A stretch of DNA of 64,000 nucleotides from Alphaproteobacteria bacterium (GCA_964291215.2 OZ219790.1:768001-832000); one strand, 5' to 3'; positions 24,140 through 36,687 are shown, counted from the first letter of the stretch. Notes: generated from the sequence alone by a model not told the origin. Numbers and translations: made by a program.

Positions 24140-25792
24140 GTGATCCCGGACACCGTATCGATGGATTTCGAGCTGATTGCGATCACCCTCGGGGATGTGG
24201 CCTGGATTGCCATGGCATTCGCCTTGGGCTTGCTGTCCAGAGCCGTCGGCCTGCCGCCCCTGGTCGGCTTTCTTGCCGCAGGTTTCGCGCTCAACTTCTG
24301 CGGCTTCACCGGCGGGGAAATGCTTCGGAAGCTGTCGGACCTCGGCATTACCCTGTTGCTGTTTGTTGTTGGCCTCAAAATCAATCTTCGAACCATTGCG
24401 CGACCGCAGGTATGGGCTGTCGCCGGATTGCACATGGCGATCGTCGTTCTCCTTTTCGGGACGGCGATCTACACCTTGGCCTTTCCGGTAACGCCTTTGC
24501 TCTCCGGTCTCGACGCATACCGTTCGTTGCTGATTGCCCTTGCATTGAGCTTTTCGAGCACCGTCTTCGTTGTGAAGGTGCTGGAAGACAAGGGGCAGAC
24601 GGCGGCGCTGCACGGTCGGATCGCGATCGGCATCCTCCTCGTGCAGGATCTGGTCGCTGTCGCCTTTCTCGCGGTGGCAACGGGCAAATGGCCGACATAT
24701 TGGGCGCTTCTGGTCCTGCTGGTCTTCCCGCTGCGCCCCTTCCTGGCATTCCTGCTGCGACACGCCAGCCACGGCGAACTTCTGGTTCTCTACGGCATCC
24801 TTCTGGCGTTGGGCGGCGCGCAACTTTTCGAGTTGGCAGGACTCAAGGGAGATCTGGGCGCCCTCGTGCTGGGAGCTCTGGTCGCAAGCCACACCAAGGC
24901 CGATGAGCTGGCGAAATCCATGCTCGGCTTCAAGGACTTTTTCCTGCTCGCCTTCTTCCTGTCCATCGGACTGTCCGGACAGGTGACCATGGAGACGGTA
25001 TTGATCGGGGCAGCTGTTGCACCGTTCGCGTTTCTCAAGTCGGCCCTTTTCCTCGGCCTCCTTTCGGCGTTCGGGTTACGAGCCCGAACCTCGCTGCTTG
25101 CCTCGCTGAACCTCGGCAATTTCAGCGAGTTTGGGCTGATCGTCGCGGCCGTCGGCGTCTCGAACGGGTGGATCGAGGAGGCCTGGCTGATCGTCATCGC
25201 GATTGCCCTGTCTTTGTCCTGCATGGCCTCCGCAGGCATCAATGTCGCTGCCGACCGGATCTTCACCCGATACCGGACGGTGTGGAAGCGCATGCAGCGA
25301 TCCGAACCCGTTGCCGAAGACCGGCCGCTCGATATCAGCATGGCGAGCGTCGCCGTCATCGGCATGGGCCGCATCGGCACCGGAGCTTACGACAGCATGC
25401 GCGAGCGGCACGGCGGCTCCGTGGTCGGTGTGGATGTCGATCCGGAAACGGTGCAGCAGCACCAGGCGGCAGGGCGTGAGGTATTGCTGGGCGACGCTGG
25501 CGATCCTGACTTCTGGGACCGGGTTCAAGCCGCGCAAGCCCTCCGGCTTGTGATGCTCGCCTTGCCGAATCTCACCGTCAGCCTCGCGGTAATCGACCGG
25601 CTCAAGGCTGCTTCATTCCGCGGTTCGGTCGCAGCCGTTGCCAGATACCGGGATGAAGCCGGACCTCTGAAACAAGCCGGCGTATCAACGGTCTTCAGCG
25701 TCTACGCCGGGGCCGGCTCAGGCTTCGCCGCACATGTAATGAACCTGAATCCGGCAGTCGAGGATGGCGGGACCTTGGCGAATCCCTTGTAG
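24140..25792 (+). CDS. CPA2/Kef-type cation:proton antiporter with TrkA-N domain
   Basis: Multi-pass membrane region with LPPLVGFL, SFSSTV, ILLVQD and SEFGLI; Rossmann motif GMGRIG. Confidence 0.9.
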   Translation: MIPDTVSMDFELIAITLGDVAWIAMAFALGLLSRAVGLPPLVGFLAAGFALNFCGFTGGEMLRKLSDLGITLLLFVVGLKINLRTIARPQVWAVAGLHMAIVVLLFGTAIYTLAFPVTPLLSGLDAYRSLLIALALSFSSTVFVVKVLEDKGQTAALHGRIAIGILLVQDLVAVAFLAVATGKWPTYWALLVLLVFPLRPFLAFLLRHASHGELLVLYGILLALGGAQLFELAGLKGDLGALVLGALVASHTKADELAKSMLGFKDFFLLAFFLSIGLSGQVTMETVLIGAAVAPFAFLKSALFLGLLSAFGLRARTSLLASLNLGNFSEFGLIVAAVGVSNGWIEEAWLIVIAIALSLSCMASAGINVAADRIFTRYRTVWKRMQRSEPVAEDRPLDISMASVAVIGMGRIGTGAYDSMRERHGGSVVGVDVDPETVQQHQAAGREVLLGDAGDPDFWDRVQAAQALRLVMLALPNLTVSLAVIDRLKAASFRGSVAAVARYRDEAGPLKQAGVSTVFSVYAGAGSGFAAHVMNLNPAVEDGGTLANPL

Positions 25793-25884
25793 TCTGCGGG
25801 TATGAGCGGCGTTTCAGGGGCCGAAGAGGCTCATCCTGTGGGCGATTGTCCCGGCGCTGTGCGGGATGGCGCCCGAGCGTCGGT
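25744..25884 (+). mobile_element. Truncated left end of a paralogous IS1380-like element
   Basis: Homologous to 21221-21361. Confidence 0.8.
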
Positions 25885-26467
25885 TCGGTTCCGGGCAGGC
25901 CGCCGGAAGCGCGATCCGGCGGCCGTTACGACGCCGGATCTGTCCCGCCCGGGTGCCGGCGGGCGTTGCGGACAGTCCCCGGCGGGAGACGCAATCCATT
26001 GAAATTACGATGTTTCAGGGACTCTTGCGGAGGCCGGACAACCCGGATCGGGATTCCCACGGAATTTCCGAACGCCTCTGCCGGTGCCGAACGTGCTTTC
26101 AACGCCTATCGCATGAAAGGCGATCCCGTCGGGCCGGTAGTGTTGCGTGAACATTCCCGCGAGCTCGCCGAGCGTACTGTCCGGAATCGGTTTGGTGATT
26201 AGCGCGCTGCCGTGTGTGTGACGTGATTCGTTGGCCTGGTAACGATCCGGTGGGGTTGAAAACCCGCTGTTCGGCAGTTCCGGCTGTGACCGCGTTCGCA
26301 GGAACCGGCGCGTGGCGGAGGGCGCACCCGACCCGTTCCGGGCGGCAATCGGGGTGTTGCCGACGCCGAAGACACGAATGAAGTGGACAGGAACGGAGAC
26401 GCTGCGATCCGGATGCCGGGCGACAAGGCGGGATCGGCGGGACCGAGCAGCGCCGCGGTGCGGAGAC

Positions 26468-26818
26468 TCACCCGGTGTCATGGTCCGCGTGAGCGGACGG
26501 AGCGGTGAGAACGCCATCGGCAGGCCGCTCCGCGTCGGGGTCCGGCACGATCGTCGAGATGAACTCCCGGATTTCCCGGACTTCGGCTTGGCGTCCGTCG
26601 GCGATGAGGCCTCGGGCGATGGCCTGGGCGGCGAACAGCGAGGCCCGGGCCACCTTGATTTCGGCCTCGGTGCCGGGCCATTCGCGCCGGTCGAGGGCCT
26701 TGATGGCGAGCTCGACGACGAGCCGATTGGGCGAAACCTGCCGCTCCCTGGCCGCCGTTTCGATACGCTTCCACTGGTCTGCGGTGACCCGGATGTTCTT
26801 CTGAAGCGATGATGCCAT
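26468..26818 (-). CDS. Ribbon-helix-helix-like protein, paralog of 63155-63505
   Basis: NIRVTADQWKRIE..SPNRLVVEL..DRREWP is shared with the oriT-adjacent ORF. Confidence 0.7.
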   Translation of the reverse strand: MASSLQKNIRVTADQWKRIETAARERQVSPNRLVVELAIKALDRREWPGTEAEIKVARASLFAAQAIARGLIADGRQAEVREIREFISTIVPDPDAERPADGVLTAPSAHADHDTG

Positions 26819-27194
26819 GGGGTTTCACCCGTTCTTGCGTGTGGATTCGCGAGAGTTCCGGTTCGGGTGGGTGCAGGTCCCGTATGGCGATTGCAACCAT
26901 TTGATTTATTGAGATTTTATGCTCGTTTCGGATGGCCTTTGGGGGCGATCGGTGACAATCGGGGTTTCGGGGTCGGGATTTTGTCACGGCCGCTCGGTGG
27001 CAGGGCCGGAAGCGGGACCGCTCCGCCCGCCGGAGGCGGGTAGGATGTCGTTCTGAAGCAATCGCAACCACAGGAGCGACCCCATGGCAGTTTCGCAGTC
27101 TGCATTCTGCTCGTCCATCGATCTTGCCGGCTCGGATACTGGAGGCGCTGTCGGGGCTGGTTGCGGTTTGTCGTGAGCCGCCTGCTTCCGCGCC

Positions 27195-28240
27195 ATGCGG
27201 GTTGCATTCGAGGAAGCGGAGCTTCGTGTTCGGGAGAGCGTGAACGCGCTGGGCTGCGCGGTTCCGGGAGCTTGGGTGGAAGGTCTGGACGACGGGGCGT
27301 TGCGGGTCGAGCAGGTCGGGCAGTGCTGGTTCCGGGTGCCGGCGACGCCGAAGACGATCATGAGCATGCTCGGCCCGGTGAAGTACAGCCGGGCGCGCTA
27401 TCGCCACGGCGTGGGCGGCCCCTCGTTCGTGCCGGTGGACGAGAGCCTGGGGCTGGTGAACGACTACCTGACGCGCCCGGCCGCCCGGCTCGGGCTGATG
27501 ATGATGGGTCACGGCACGGCGCGGGAAGCGGAGGGGTTCTTCTCGGAGATGGGCGCCATGAGGCCGTCGGCGAGCACCTTGCAGCGGCTCGCCTGCAGCC
27601 TGCATGAACGCTGGGAGGGCCTGGGGCCGCAGGCGCTGGACAGTATCCGCAACACGGAAGACATCACATCCGAGGCGGTCAGCGCCTCGGTCTCGCTCGA
27701 CGGCGTCATGGTGGCGCTGCGCGCCGGCGAGGACGGGCGCGACGAGGCCTGCTGGCGCGAGGCCGCCTGCGGCACGGTCTCCTTCCACGACGGGGAGGGC
27801 GAGCGGCTCAAGACACTCTACTTCGCCCGCATGCCGGAGAGCGGCAAGCCCACGCTGAAGGCCCGACTCGCAAGCGAGGTCGCGCATATCCGCCGGGCCA
27901 GGTCCGACATCGCCGTCGTCGCCGTCGCCAGAGCCTGCCCCTGCGAAGGCGGGGGGCGCCCCCGACAACCGGACCTTCCTGGAGAGCCTCCCGCCCGAAG
28001 CGCAAGCCGTCGACTTCTGGCATGCCTGCGAGCATCTCCGCACGGCCTCCGACCATGCCGTCGATCCCCGCTGGTTCGAGACTTGCCGCCATATCCTGCG
28101 TCATGACCCGTGCGGCGTCGCCAAGGTGATCCGGGCGCTGCGCTATCTGCGCGACAAGGCAGACGGCAACCGCGCCGCGCGCAACGCCATCGAGCGCGAA
28201 CTCGCCTTCTTCCGCAAACACCGCAAGCGCATGCCTCGTG
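27195..28240 (+). pseudogene. ISKra4-like transposase, disrupted
   Basis: SVSLDGVMV, WREAACGTV, VDFWHACEHL and FFRKHRKRM motifs; frameshift at a palindromic insert near 27932. Confidence 0.7.
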
Positions 28241-28500
28241 GCGGCCGCCTGTTCGCGGCGCGGATTCGTCGAGTGCGGCCGCTCCTTACGTCAGGACCAG
28301 CGGAGCCACGAGCGACCACTCCTCGTCGTTCAGGCCGTTTTGCCGATGGTCATCCGGTCCTTGACACTTCGCCTGGATGGTCTCGCCCCAAGCCATGGGA
28401 CCCCCCATATTGGCCTCAAGACCCGTTGAGCGACCATGTCTTGAGGCCAACCGCTACTCCAGGAACAGACTCTCAGCGGCAGTGCGCACGGGGCCGCCGG

Positions 28501-29650
28501 TCAGGTGATGGGCGGAGCGCCTGGCGCCGGCCCCATGTCGTCCGCGAGGCTGTCCGCGACGGCGGCGGTCTTCACCGGTTGCCGCGCGAGGTGGGCGTAG
28601 CGGGCGGTGGTCTGGCTGTGGCCGAGGAGCCGGGCAATCGTCGGCAGGCTCTCGCCGAGCGCGAGCGCCCTGCTGGCAAAGCTGTGGCGAAGGTCGTGAA
28701 GCCGCATGTCCTCGAGTCCGGCCTCGCGGCGGGCCACCTGCCACGACGAGTTGAGATTGGCGAGGTGCGTTCCGGGTCCGCGCCCGAAGATGACCCAGGG
28801 ATTGCCGGGGGATGGCGGTGAGCACTCCTCTCGCCGTCGGCGACAGCGGAACCGCGCGCGCTCCGGTCTTCGCGTCGCGCAACCGGAGCTCGTCGTGTTC
28901 GAGGTCGACATCCTCCCATTTGAGAGTGAGGATTTCGTTGCGCCGGCAGCCGGTCAGCAAGCGGATCGCCGCGGTGGCGCTGACAAGGACCCGGCCCGCG
29001 CCTTCGAGTTCGTCGAGCGCGGCGCCGGTCGTATTCCTGCTCGGACAGGAAGCGCTCGCGGCTTCGCGCCGGATACTTCCTGATGAACCGGCAGGGATTG
29101 CCGCCGGGCGGCGCGTTGCCCGAGGCGGCGGCCCTCAGGAAGAGCCGCGACAGCAGGGAGACCATCTGGTTCGCCATGATGGGCGTCTCGCGGAGCCGGT
29201 AGTGCAGCGCTGCAACGTGATCGGGCGTGATCTCGCCGAGGCGCAGCGCCCCGAACCGGGGGAGGAGGAACCTGTCGAGGATGTGGCGGCAGGATCGCTG
29301 CGTGGACGGCTTGCAGCGCAGGGCCACATGTTGGGTCATGTAGTCGTCCGCCAGCCCGGCGATCCGGTGGCGGACGCGGAGTCCGCGCCGGGACGGCCCG
29401 ACGTCCTGCCCGCCTTGATGTCCGCGATCAGCGCTCCGGCCTCGCGCGCTCGGTCGACCATGCGCCCGATGGTGACGCGCCGGGTCTTCCCGCCGGAACG
29501 CGCGTGCGCGATGTAGACCTTCGCCCCGGTTGCATAGACGCGCACGCCGAAGCCGGGCAGGTGGCGGTCCCAGTAGACGATCTCCCGGTCGGCGACGGGA
29601 AGCCGGTCGACCGACTGCCTGGAGAGGGTCAGCTTGTTGGTGCTGTGCAT
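28501..29650 (-). pseudogene. Tyrosine integrase with arm-binding domain, frameshifted
   Basis: YWDRHLPGFGVRV, TGCRRNEI, HDLRHSFAS and LLGH..TARYAH motifs. Confidence 0.85.
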
Positions 29651-29687
29651 GGAGTGTCCTTCCGGAGTATGCGTTGACGCGGGCGCG

Positions 29688-30070
29688 CTAGCGGCCGTCC
29701 GGCGCCATGATCCTGGCGCCGATGTCGGCGGCGACCCGGGCCGAGGACACCCGCACCGAGTCCCGCGCGAGGTAACGCGCGGTGGCGCTCACCTTGCGGT
29801 GGCCGAGCAGGTCGCCGATCATCGCCAGGCCCTCGCCCAGCGCGAGCACCCTGGAAGCGAAGGTGTGGCGCAAGTCGTGCAGGCGGACGCCTTCGAGACC
29901 CGCGTCCTTGCGGATGCGGCCCCAGGAGTCGTTGAGGTTGACCAGGTGCGCGCCCTTCTTCCTGCCGGGGAAGACCCAGGGATTGCCGGGCGTGCGGGGC
30001 AGGCCGGCGAACACCGCGGCCACCCTTGCCGGCATCGGCGCCATCCGCGCGCCGGTCTTGGAGTCGCGAA
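29688..30070 (-). pseudogene. C-terminal fragment of a second, tandem tyrosine integrase
   Basis: RDSKTG, HDLRHTFAS and LLGHRKVSATARY motifs. Confidence 0.85.
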
Positions 30071-30218
30071 GAACTACAAATCCTATAACTTGCTAATATA
30101 TAACGATTATTCTATTTTCCGATCTGTTCCGTGATCAAATTGAAAGCGGTTTCGATAGTAACGTAGCGAAGCAGAGCGCATCCGATTCGGGTAAATGTTT
30201 CGTATAGGTTCTGATTTC

Positions 30219-30265
30219 GGGGGATCGTATACCTCCACGGATGTATCCGTTCGGGTTCCGGGGGG
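30219..30265 (+). mobile_element. Solo end remnants of the DUF4338-carrying IS66-like element
   Basis: GTATCCGTTCGGGTTCCGGGGG at 30243, preceded by a partial second end. Confidence 0.7.
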
Positions 30266-30371
30266 GTTGGCCGGGGCGGAGACCCTGCGCTGCGCCCATG
30301 TCGGGGACCGCGAGATCGAGGCGGCGGCGGAACGGGTCGGGCAGGCGATGAACGCCATGCTGGAGACCTGA
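30266..30371 (+). pseudogene. Integrase C-terminal tail convergent with autotransporter 2
   Basis: TLRCAHVGDREIEAAAERVGQAMNAMLET*. Confidence 0.55.
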
Positions 30372-33300
30372 CGCATCATCGCCGGGCGTTCTCCTACCAT
30401 CGCAGCGCGCCGCGCAGCATGAGGCTGTCTTCGGGGGCCGGGCCCGGACGGTGCGCGCCCTCGAGGCCGAGGGAGAGCCCCGCGCCCAGGCGGTAGCGCG
30501 CGCCGAGCCGCAGCGTGCGCCCGCCCGTCTCCGCCAGGCTCAAGCCCGCCCAGGTCGTCAGCACCGCCAGAGGCCCCGGACCGGCAAGGCCGAACCCGTG
30601 CCCCACCTCCGCCTCCAGGCGGCTCCCGGCCTCTTCGGATACCGTGCCAGATGCCGCCGCGGGCAGGCCGTGGTCGAACCACTGGCCGAGGCCGCTCTCG
30701 GTGCGCCCGCGCGCGGGACCGAAGGCGAGGAACGTCCCGCGCCCGTCGGCTCCGGGGTCGAGGCGCACAAGCGCGCTCACACCCCACTCGTCGCGGTCCG
30801 CCTCATGCGCCGCCAGGAGCCGCGCGCGCAGCTCCGCCGTCAGTCCCTCCGCCGGGTCCTGCCATGTCACGCCCGCTCCGGCCTCGAGGCCCGCCCCCTC
30901 GGCAACGTCGCCGCCGTCATGGCGCACCCCCGCCTCCAGAGCCGGCGTCAGCGTCGCACCGCCCGCCAGCGCGTGCTCGTACGAGCCCTCCAGCAGCAGC
31001 CGCAGCCGCGTCGTCCTCGCCGTCAGCCCCGCCAGGCCGTCATCGGACCCCGTGCGCAGGCGCGCCGCCGAACCTTCGCCCTTCACCGCAAGGCGGGTGA
31101 TGCCGCCTTCGATGAGGTCCGCATCCTCGACCAGGACGCTGCGCCCGCCCGCAGACGCGCTCCACTGCGTCAGGTCCGCACTGCGCGCCGGCGCGCCCTC
31201 CTCGGCAACCCGCACCTCGCCGGTCCCGTAGCCGAGGCTCGCCCACAGGGTCGAGCCGTCCGGCAGCAGCCACGCCGCATAGGGGTGCACCGACGTGATC
31301 GTCGTCTCGTGCACGCCCTTCACCCGGCCGCCGGCGGCGCCGGTCGTCTGCGTGTCCAGCTCGCCCCGCGCATGGGAGAGCGCCGCCCCGGCCAGAAGGT
31401 CCGGGCGCACCCGCACATCCGCCCCCAGCTGCGCCGACCACAGACCGCCGTCCCAGGTGACATCCTTCTCCGAACCCGACAGCGACAGCCACTCGCCCCG
31501 GCCCCATACCGCCAACGGCGGCGCCTCGTCCTCCCCGGCGCCCGCCGCCAGCGTGAAGGACGCCCCGTCCAGTATCTCGCTCAGGGTCGGGCCGGGCTCC
31601 TCGGGGCGCGGCGGCGCGGACCGGGCGGACCGGGCATGACTGACCGGCGACGACGGCAGGGCGCCGAACCGCAGCGAACTGCCCGGCCTGCCGGACGCCG
31701 CCGCTTCGATGCGCCCCGTCACCGCCTCCAGCGTCCGCGACATCGCCGCCGCTGCCACATGCGGCAGCACCGCGGCGTTCACCCGGTTCGCCCGTGCAAC
31801 GGACCCCGTCGCCCGGTCGCGCAGCACGCCCGCAGCCACGGCGTCGTTCCCCACCGCGTAGTCCGCACCATCGTTCAGCGTGATGCGGTAGGCCTCCGCG
31901 CCTTCCGCATCCGCATCCGCCGCCGTCGGGATCGTCACCACCCCCGTGGTGCGCGCCGAGGCGCCGAACACCGCGTCGAACGAACGCGGCCCCGGACCGC
32001 CCGGAACGTCATCGGCATCGAAGCCGCTGGCATTGCGCGCCGACAGCGTCAGGCGCACCGTCAGGCTGCCCGTCAGCGCCCGGTCGGCGGTCACCGCGAG
32101 GCGGATGTCCTGCCCCTCGGTCACCGCCGCAGGGTCCCGCGCCAGGGTCAGCACCGGCAACAGCGTCGTGTCCGTCACCGTCACCGCCACCGGATCGATG
32201 GTCACCGAACCGTAGCCGCCGCCGCTCGCGCCGTGGGTCAGCACCGCCGTGTCGTCGGTCGTGTCCTCGTCTCGGGCCGCATTTACCGTCACCGTCTGCG
32301 CCGTGTCCCAGTTGGCGGTCGTGAAGGTCAGGCTGGCCGGTTCCACCGTCACGTCCCCCGACGCGCCGCCCACCGTCACCGTGACATCGCCCGAGGGTTC
32401 CGCGTCCAGCACCACCGTGTAGGCCGCGCTGCTGCCCTCCGACACCCTCAGCGCGGTCGGCGTCACCGTCACGCTTCCGTCTGCGGCGGGGGTCGTGGGC
32501 GTCGTCGCGGGAGGCGCGGGCGCCGCGGGAGCCGCCGGCGTCGCCGTCACTGGCGCATCCGGACCGGCGCCGTTGCCGGCCCCGTTCACCGCGCGCACCT
32601 CGAACTGGTAGGCGGTGCCGTTGGTCAGCCCGCTCACCTCGTGGCTGGTGGTGCCCGCATCGGAGCCGGCAATGTCCTCCCACTCGCCCCACTCGCCGCC
32701 GCCGGCCTTCTGCCGGTATTGCCACTTCGTGATGGTGGGGTTGTCCGGGTCGGTCCAGCTCAGCGTCACCTGCCTGTTGCCCGCCGCGGCGGCAAGGCCG
32801 GCCGGCTTCCCGGGCGCCACATCCTTCTCCGCCACGCTCACCACCACATCGGCGATGGTCACCGAGCCATAGCCGCCGCCAGACGCGCTGTGGGTCAGCG
32901 TCACGTCGGCATCCGTCACCGTGTCCGTGTCCGTGCCTGCGTTCACCGTCACCGTCTGCGGCTGATTCCAGTCGGTCCGGGTAAAGGTCAGCGCGCTCTG
33001 GTTGCCGGTCATGACGGCGTCGGTGTCCACCGTCACGTCACCCGACGCGTCGCCCACCGTGATCGTCACATCCGATGTCGGCGGCGTGTTCAGCCGCATC
33101 GTGTACGTCCTGCTGCCGCCTTCCGCCACCGTCAGCGCCGCCGTCGACACCGTCACCCCCGGCGTATCGGCCACCGTCACGTCCACCGTGCCCGCATCCG
33201 GGATCGCATCCGCAGAAGCCCCCGTCAGACGGAAGGCGTGGTTGATCACCGCCGTGCCGTTCGCCACACCGGTCACCGTCACCGTCCGCGCCGTGTTGTA

Positions 33301-35920
33301 GTTGCTGGTGGTAAACGTCAGGCTCGCCGGGCGCACCGTCGCCGCCGCCGTGGCGTCGCTCGTCACCCGCAGCGTCCCCGCATACGCCTTCGTCAGCGCC
33401 ACCGTGTAGGTCGCCGTGGAACCGGGCGCCACCGTCACCGGCGTCCCGGTCAGCGTGAGTGCCGCCGTCGCGGTGTTCTTGAAGGTCACCGTGCGGATGT
33501 TCGACCAGGGGCCATTCAGGACCGCGTTGGATGAATCATAGCCCGTTGCCCGAACCCGGACCTCGACCGAAGCGCCGTCGGGATATTCATCCGTGGCAAT
33601 CAGATTGCTGCGGCTCCCGGCTTTGTCTCTGGTATTGGACTGGGTGAAAGTTTGATCCGTCCAGGTGGTCTCACCCTTCAGCCGGGTTTGCGCGCCCCAC
33701 CAATAGAACCTGACCGCGTTCCTCACATAGTCGTCCGCATCGGATACATTGTTTGAACCGCCGGCATGGGTCCAGGTGAGGGCAATCTGCTGGCTCGTCG
33801 TCGAGGTCGCCGCCGTCAGCACCGGGGCCACCGGATCGGTCTTCGCCGTCACCTCGTCCGACCACACCGACTGCACCCCGGGACGGACTGCGGCGAACAG
33901 GCGGAACGTGTAGTCCGTCCCCTTCGTCAGACCCGTCACCCGGGCGCTCGTCCGGCTGCCGCCCGTGAGCGTCGTGGTCGTGTTCCAGCCGCCCGAACTC
34001 TTGTACTGGTAGCCCCAGCTCGTTATCGGAATGCCCGTCAGGGCGTTCCAGCTCAGGGTGACCGAGGCATCGCCCCCCGCCGCCGTCAGGACCGGCTTGG
34101 GAACCGTATTCGTCGGCGTCGCCTTCACCTCGTCCGACCACACCGATGTCCGCGGCGACGCGCCGCCGGTGCGCGCCCACAGGCGAAACTTGTACTCCGT
34201 GCCGATCGTCAGACCCGTCACCGTGGCGCTCGTCGTGCTGGCGCCCGTGACAATCCGGGTCCTGCTCCAGCTGCCGCCCGCGGGCTTGTACTGGTAGCCC
34301 CAGCTCGCAATCGTGAAACCCGACAGCGCGCTCCAGCTCAGGGTGACCCGGGCGTAACCCGGTTCGGCGCTCAGCACCGGCGCCGGCGGCTGCGGATTGG
34401 CCGGCGTCGCGCGCACCACCGCCGACACGGCGCCGTTGCCGCCGTCGTTCACCGCCCGGATGCGGAAGCGGTACTCGCTGTCGTTGTCCAGACCCGTCAC
34501 CGTGTGGCTCACCGTGTCCGCGTCCGAACCGGAGATGTCGGACCAGCTTTCCCAGGCGGCGCTGCCCTTCCTCCGCTGCACCCGGTACCGCGTGATCGAA
34601 TCGTCGTCCGGATCGGTCCAGGTCAGCTCCACCTGACGGTTGCCCGCCTCCGCCGACAACCCCGCCGGCGCGGCGGGGACGGCGGTGGTGGGGGTGCTGC
34701 TGCCCGTTGGCGTGGCAGTTGCCTGGCTTTCGAGACCTTTACCCGCATTGTTCACCGCTCGTACCTCGAAGGTATAACTTGAGCCCCCATCCAATCCACT
34801 CACCGTGTGGCTCTCCGTGCTGGCGCCGGAGCCTGGTATGGCGGTCCATTCGCTCCATGCAGCGCCTGTCTTGAGGTATCTCACTTCATAGCCGGTGATG
34901 GTGCCAGGGGGCTTGGTCCACGCGAGACTTACCTGCCTGTTGCCCGCCGTCGCCCTCAAGTTCCTTGGCTGCGCCAGGGTGGGGGTGACGCTCGCTGATG
35001 TTCCCGTGTCCGTGATCTTGACGGCGGTTGTATCCGAAATTGACGGGTAGCCTCCCCCGGACACTGCGTAGGTGATGGTGGCATCCTCATCATCCTCATC
35101 CGTGTCACCCGCCGCACTCACGGTCATGTTCTGGTCCTTGCCCCAGTTTGTGGTGCTGAATGTCAGGGATGCGGGGCTAAAACTCAGATCGCCATTGGTG
35201 CTGCCGGGCGTCACTGTCACCGGACCCGTACCACGGCTGATAAGCCTGATAGAGTAGGTTTTGGAACCGCCCTCGTTTACGGTAAGAAAGGCTCCAGAAA
35301 GGAGCGTATGCAAGAGGCCACTCCGCACATTTCCTGACCCCGTTGCCTTGGTACTGAAACGGGATCCATCGGTGGCCTGAAGTTCCACGTAGTAGGTATA
35401 GTTCGTACTTAACCCGGTGATCGTGTGGCTGGTGGTGCCGGCACCGCTGATGGCACTCCAATCGTTCCAGGTGGTCCCTGACGTTCCCGCCTGACCATGG
35501 CGCACACGCCAGCCGGTCCTGTTGCTGTCCGTGGGGGCCGTCCAGCTCAGATACAGACGGTCCGGACCGGGAACAACCGTAAGCCTTCGGCGTAGACCGC
35601 CTGTCGCATTTCTCCGGGATCGGTGAGGGTGCGCGCTCGGATGTGGGCGCGCGTCGTAAGTGCCCACGAAGGATAAGTGGACACTATGGGGATGTCGGAC
35701 ACAGCCGAGCATGCGGGTTCCGGGGTCGACGGTCGGGGGCGCCGCCGTCGCCGTCGGTGGAGCGAGGCGCGCAAGCGCCTGATCGTTGCGGAGAGCTATC
35801 AGCCCGGGGTTTCGGTTTCGGTGTAAGCCTTCGGCGTAGACCGCCTGTCGCATTTCTCCGGGATCGGTGAGGGTGCGCGCTCGGATGTGGGCGCGCGTCG
35901 TAAGTGCCCACGAAGGATAA

Positions 35921-36343
35921 GTGGACACTATGGGGATGTCGGACACAGCCGAGCATGCGGGTTCCGGGGTCGACGGTCGGGGGCGCCGCCGTCGCCGTCG
36001 GTGGAGCGAGGCGCGCAAGCGCCTGATCGTTGCGGAGAGCTATCAGCCCGGGGTTTCGGTTTCGGTGGTGGCGCGCCGACATGACGTGAACGCGAACCTG
36101 GTCTTCAGCTGGCGGCGCCAGTATCGGGAGCTGGCGCGGGTGGTGGGCGGCTTCGTTCCGGTGGTTGTCTCTTCGACGGAAGGGGTGGAGCCGGCAAGGC
36201 TGCTGCCGGCGCCGCCGGATATCGAGCCGTCTGCCTCCGGACGGATCGGGATTGCGCTGGCGGACGGCTCGCGGGTGACGGTCGACCGGGACGTGGACGC
36301 GGCGGCGCTGTCTCGGGTTCTCGGGGTTCTGGAGCGGCGATGA
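35921..36343 (+). CDS. tnpA: IS66 accessory protein TnpA
   Basis: RRRWSEARK..SVSVVARRHDVNANLVFSWRR helix-turn-helix. Confidence 0.9.
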   Translation: MDTMGMSDTAEHAGSGVDGRGRRRRRRWSEARKRLIVAESYQPGVSVSVVARRHDVNANLVFSWRRQYRELARVVGGFVPVVVSSTEGVEPARLLPAPPDIEPSASGRIGIALADGSRVTVDRDVDAAALSRVLGVLERR

Positions 36344-36687
36344 TCCCGGTTCCGAGCGGGGCGCGGGTCTGGCTTGCGACGGGCGTGACGGACATGCGGC
36401 GCGGGATGAACACGCTGGCGCTGCAGGTGCAGCAGGGGCTGGGCCGCGATCCGCATGCAGGCGACCTCTTCATATTCCGCGGACGCAAAGGCGATCTTTT
36501 GAAGATCCTCTGGCATGACGGGGTCGGGACCTCGCTCTACGCCAAGCGCCTGGAGCGGGGCCGGTTCCAGTGGCCGGTGACGTCGGGCGGTGCGGTGTCG
36601 ATCAGCGCGGCGCAGCTGGGCTATTTGCTGGAAGGGATCGATTGGAGGAACCCGGTTCGGACCTGGCGCCCGTCGCGGGCCGGCTGA
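36340..36687 (+). CDS. tnpB: IS66 accessory protein TnpB
   Basis: TDMRRG..FRGRKGD..KRLERGRF motifs. Confidence 0.95.
   Translation: MIPVPSGARVWLATGVTDMRRGMNTLALQVQQGLGRDPHAGDLFIFRGRKGDLLKILWHDGVGTSLYAKRLERGRFQWPVTSGGAVSISAAQLGYLLEGIDWRNPVRTWRPSRAG

Noticed and set aside
35579-36018. N-terminus of the 1874-aa ORF
   Set aside because: It is antisense IS66 sequence; the true N-terminus lies at 40430-41379
36340-36687. RNA-guided TnpB nuclease
   Set aside because: This is the 115-aa IS66 accessory TnpB, unrelated to IS200/IS605 TnpB
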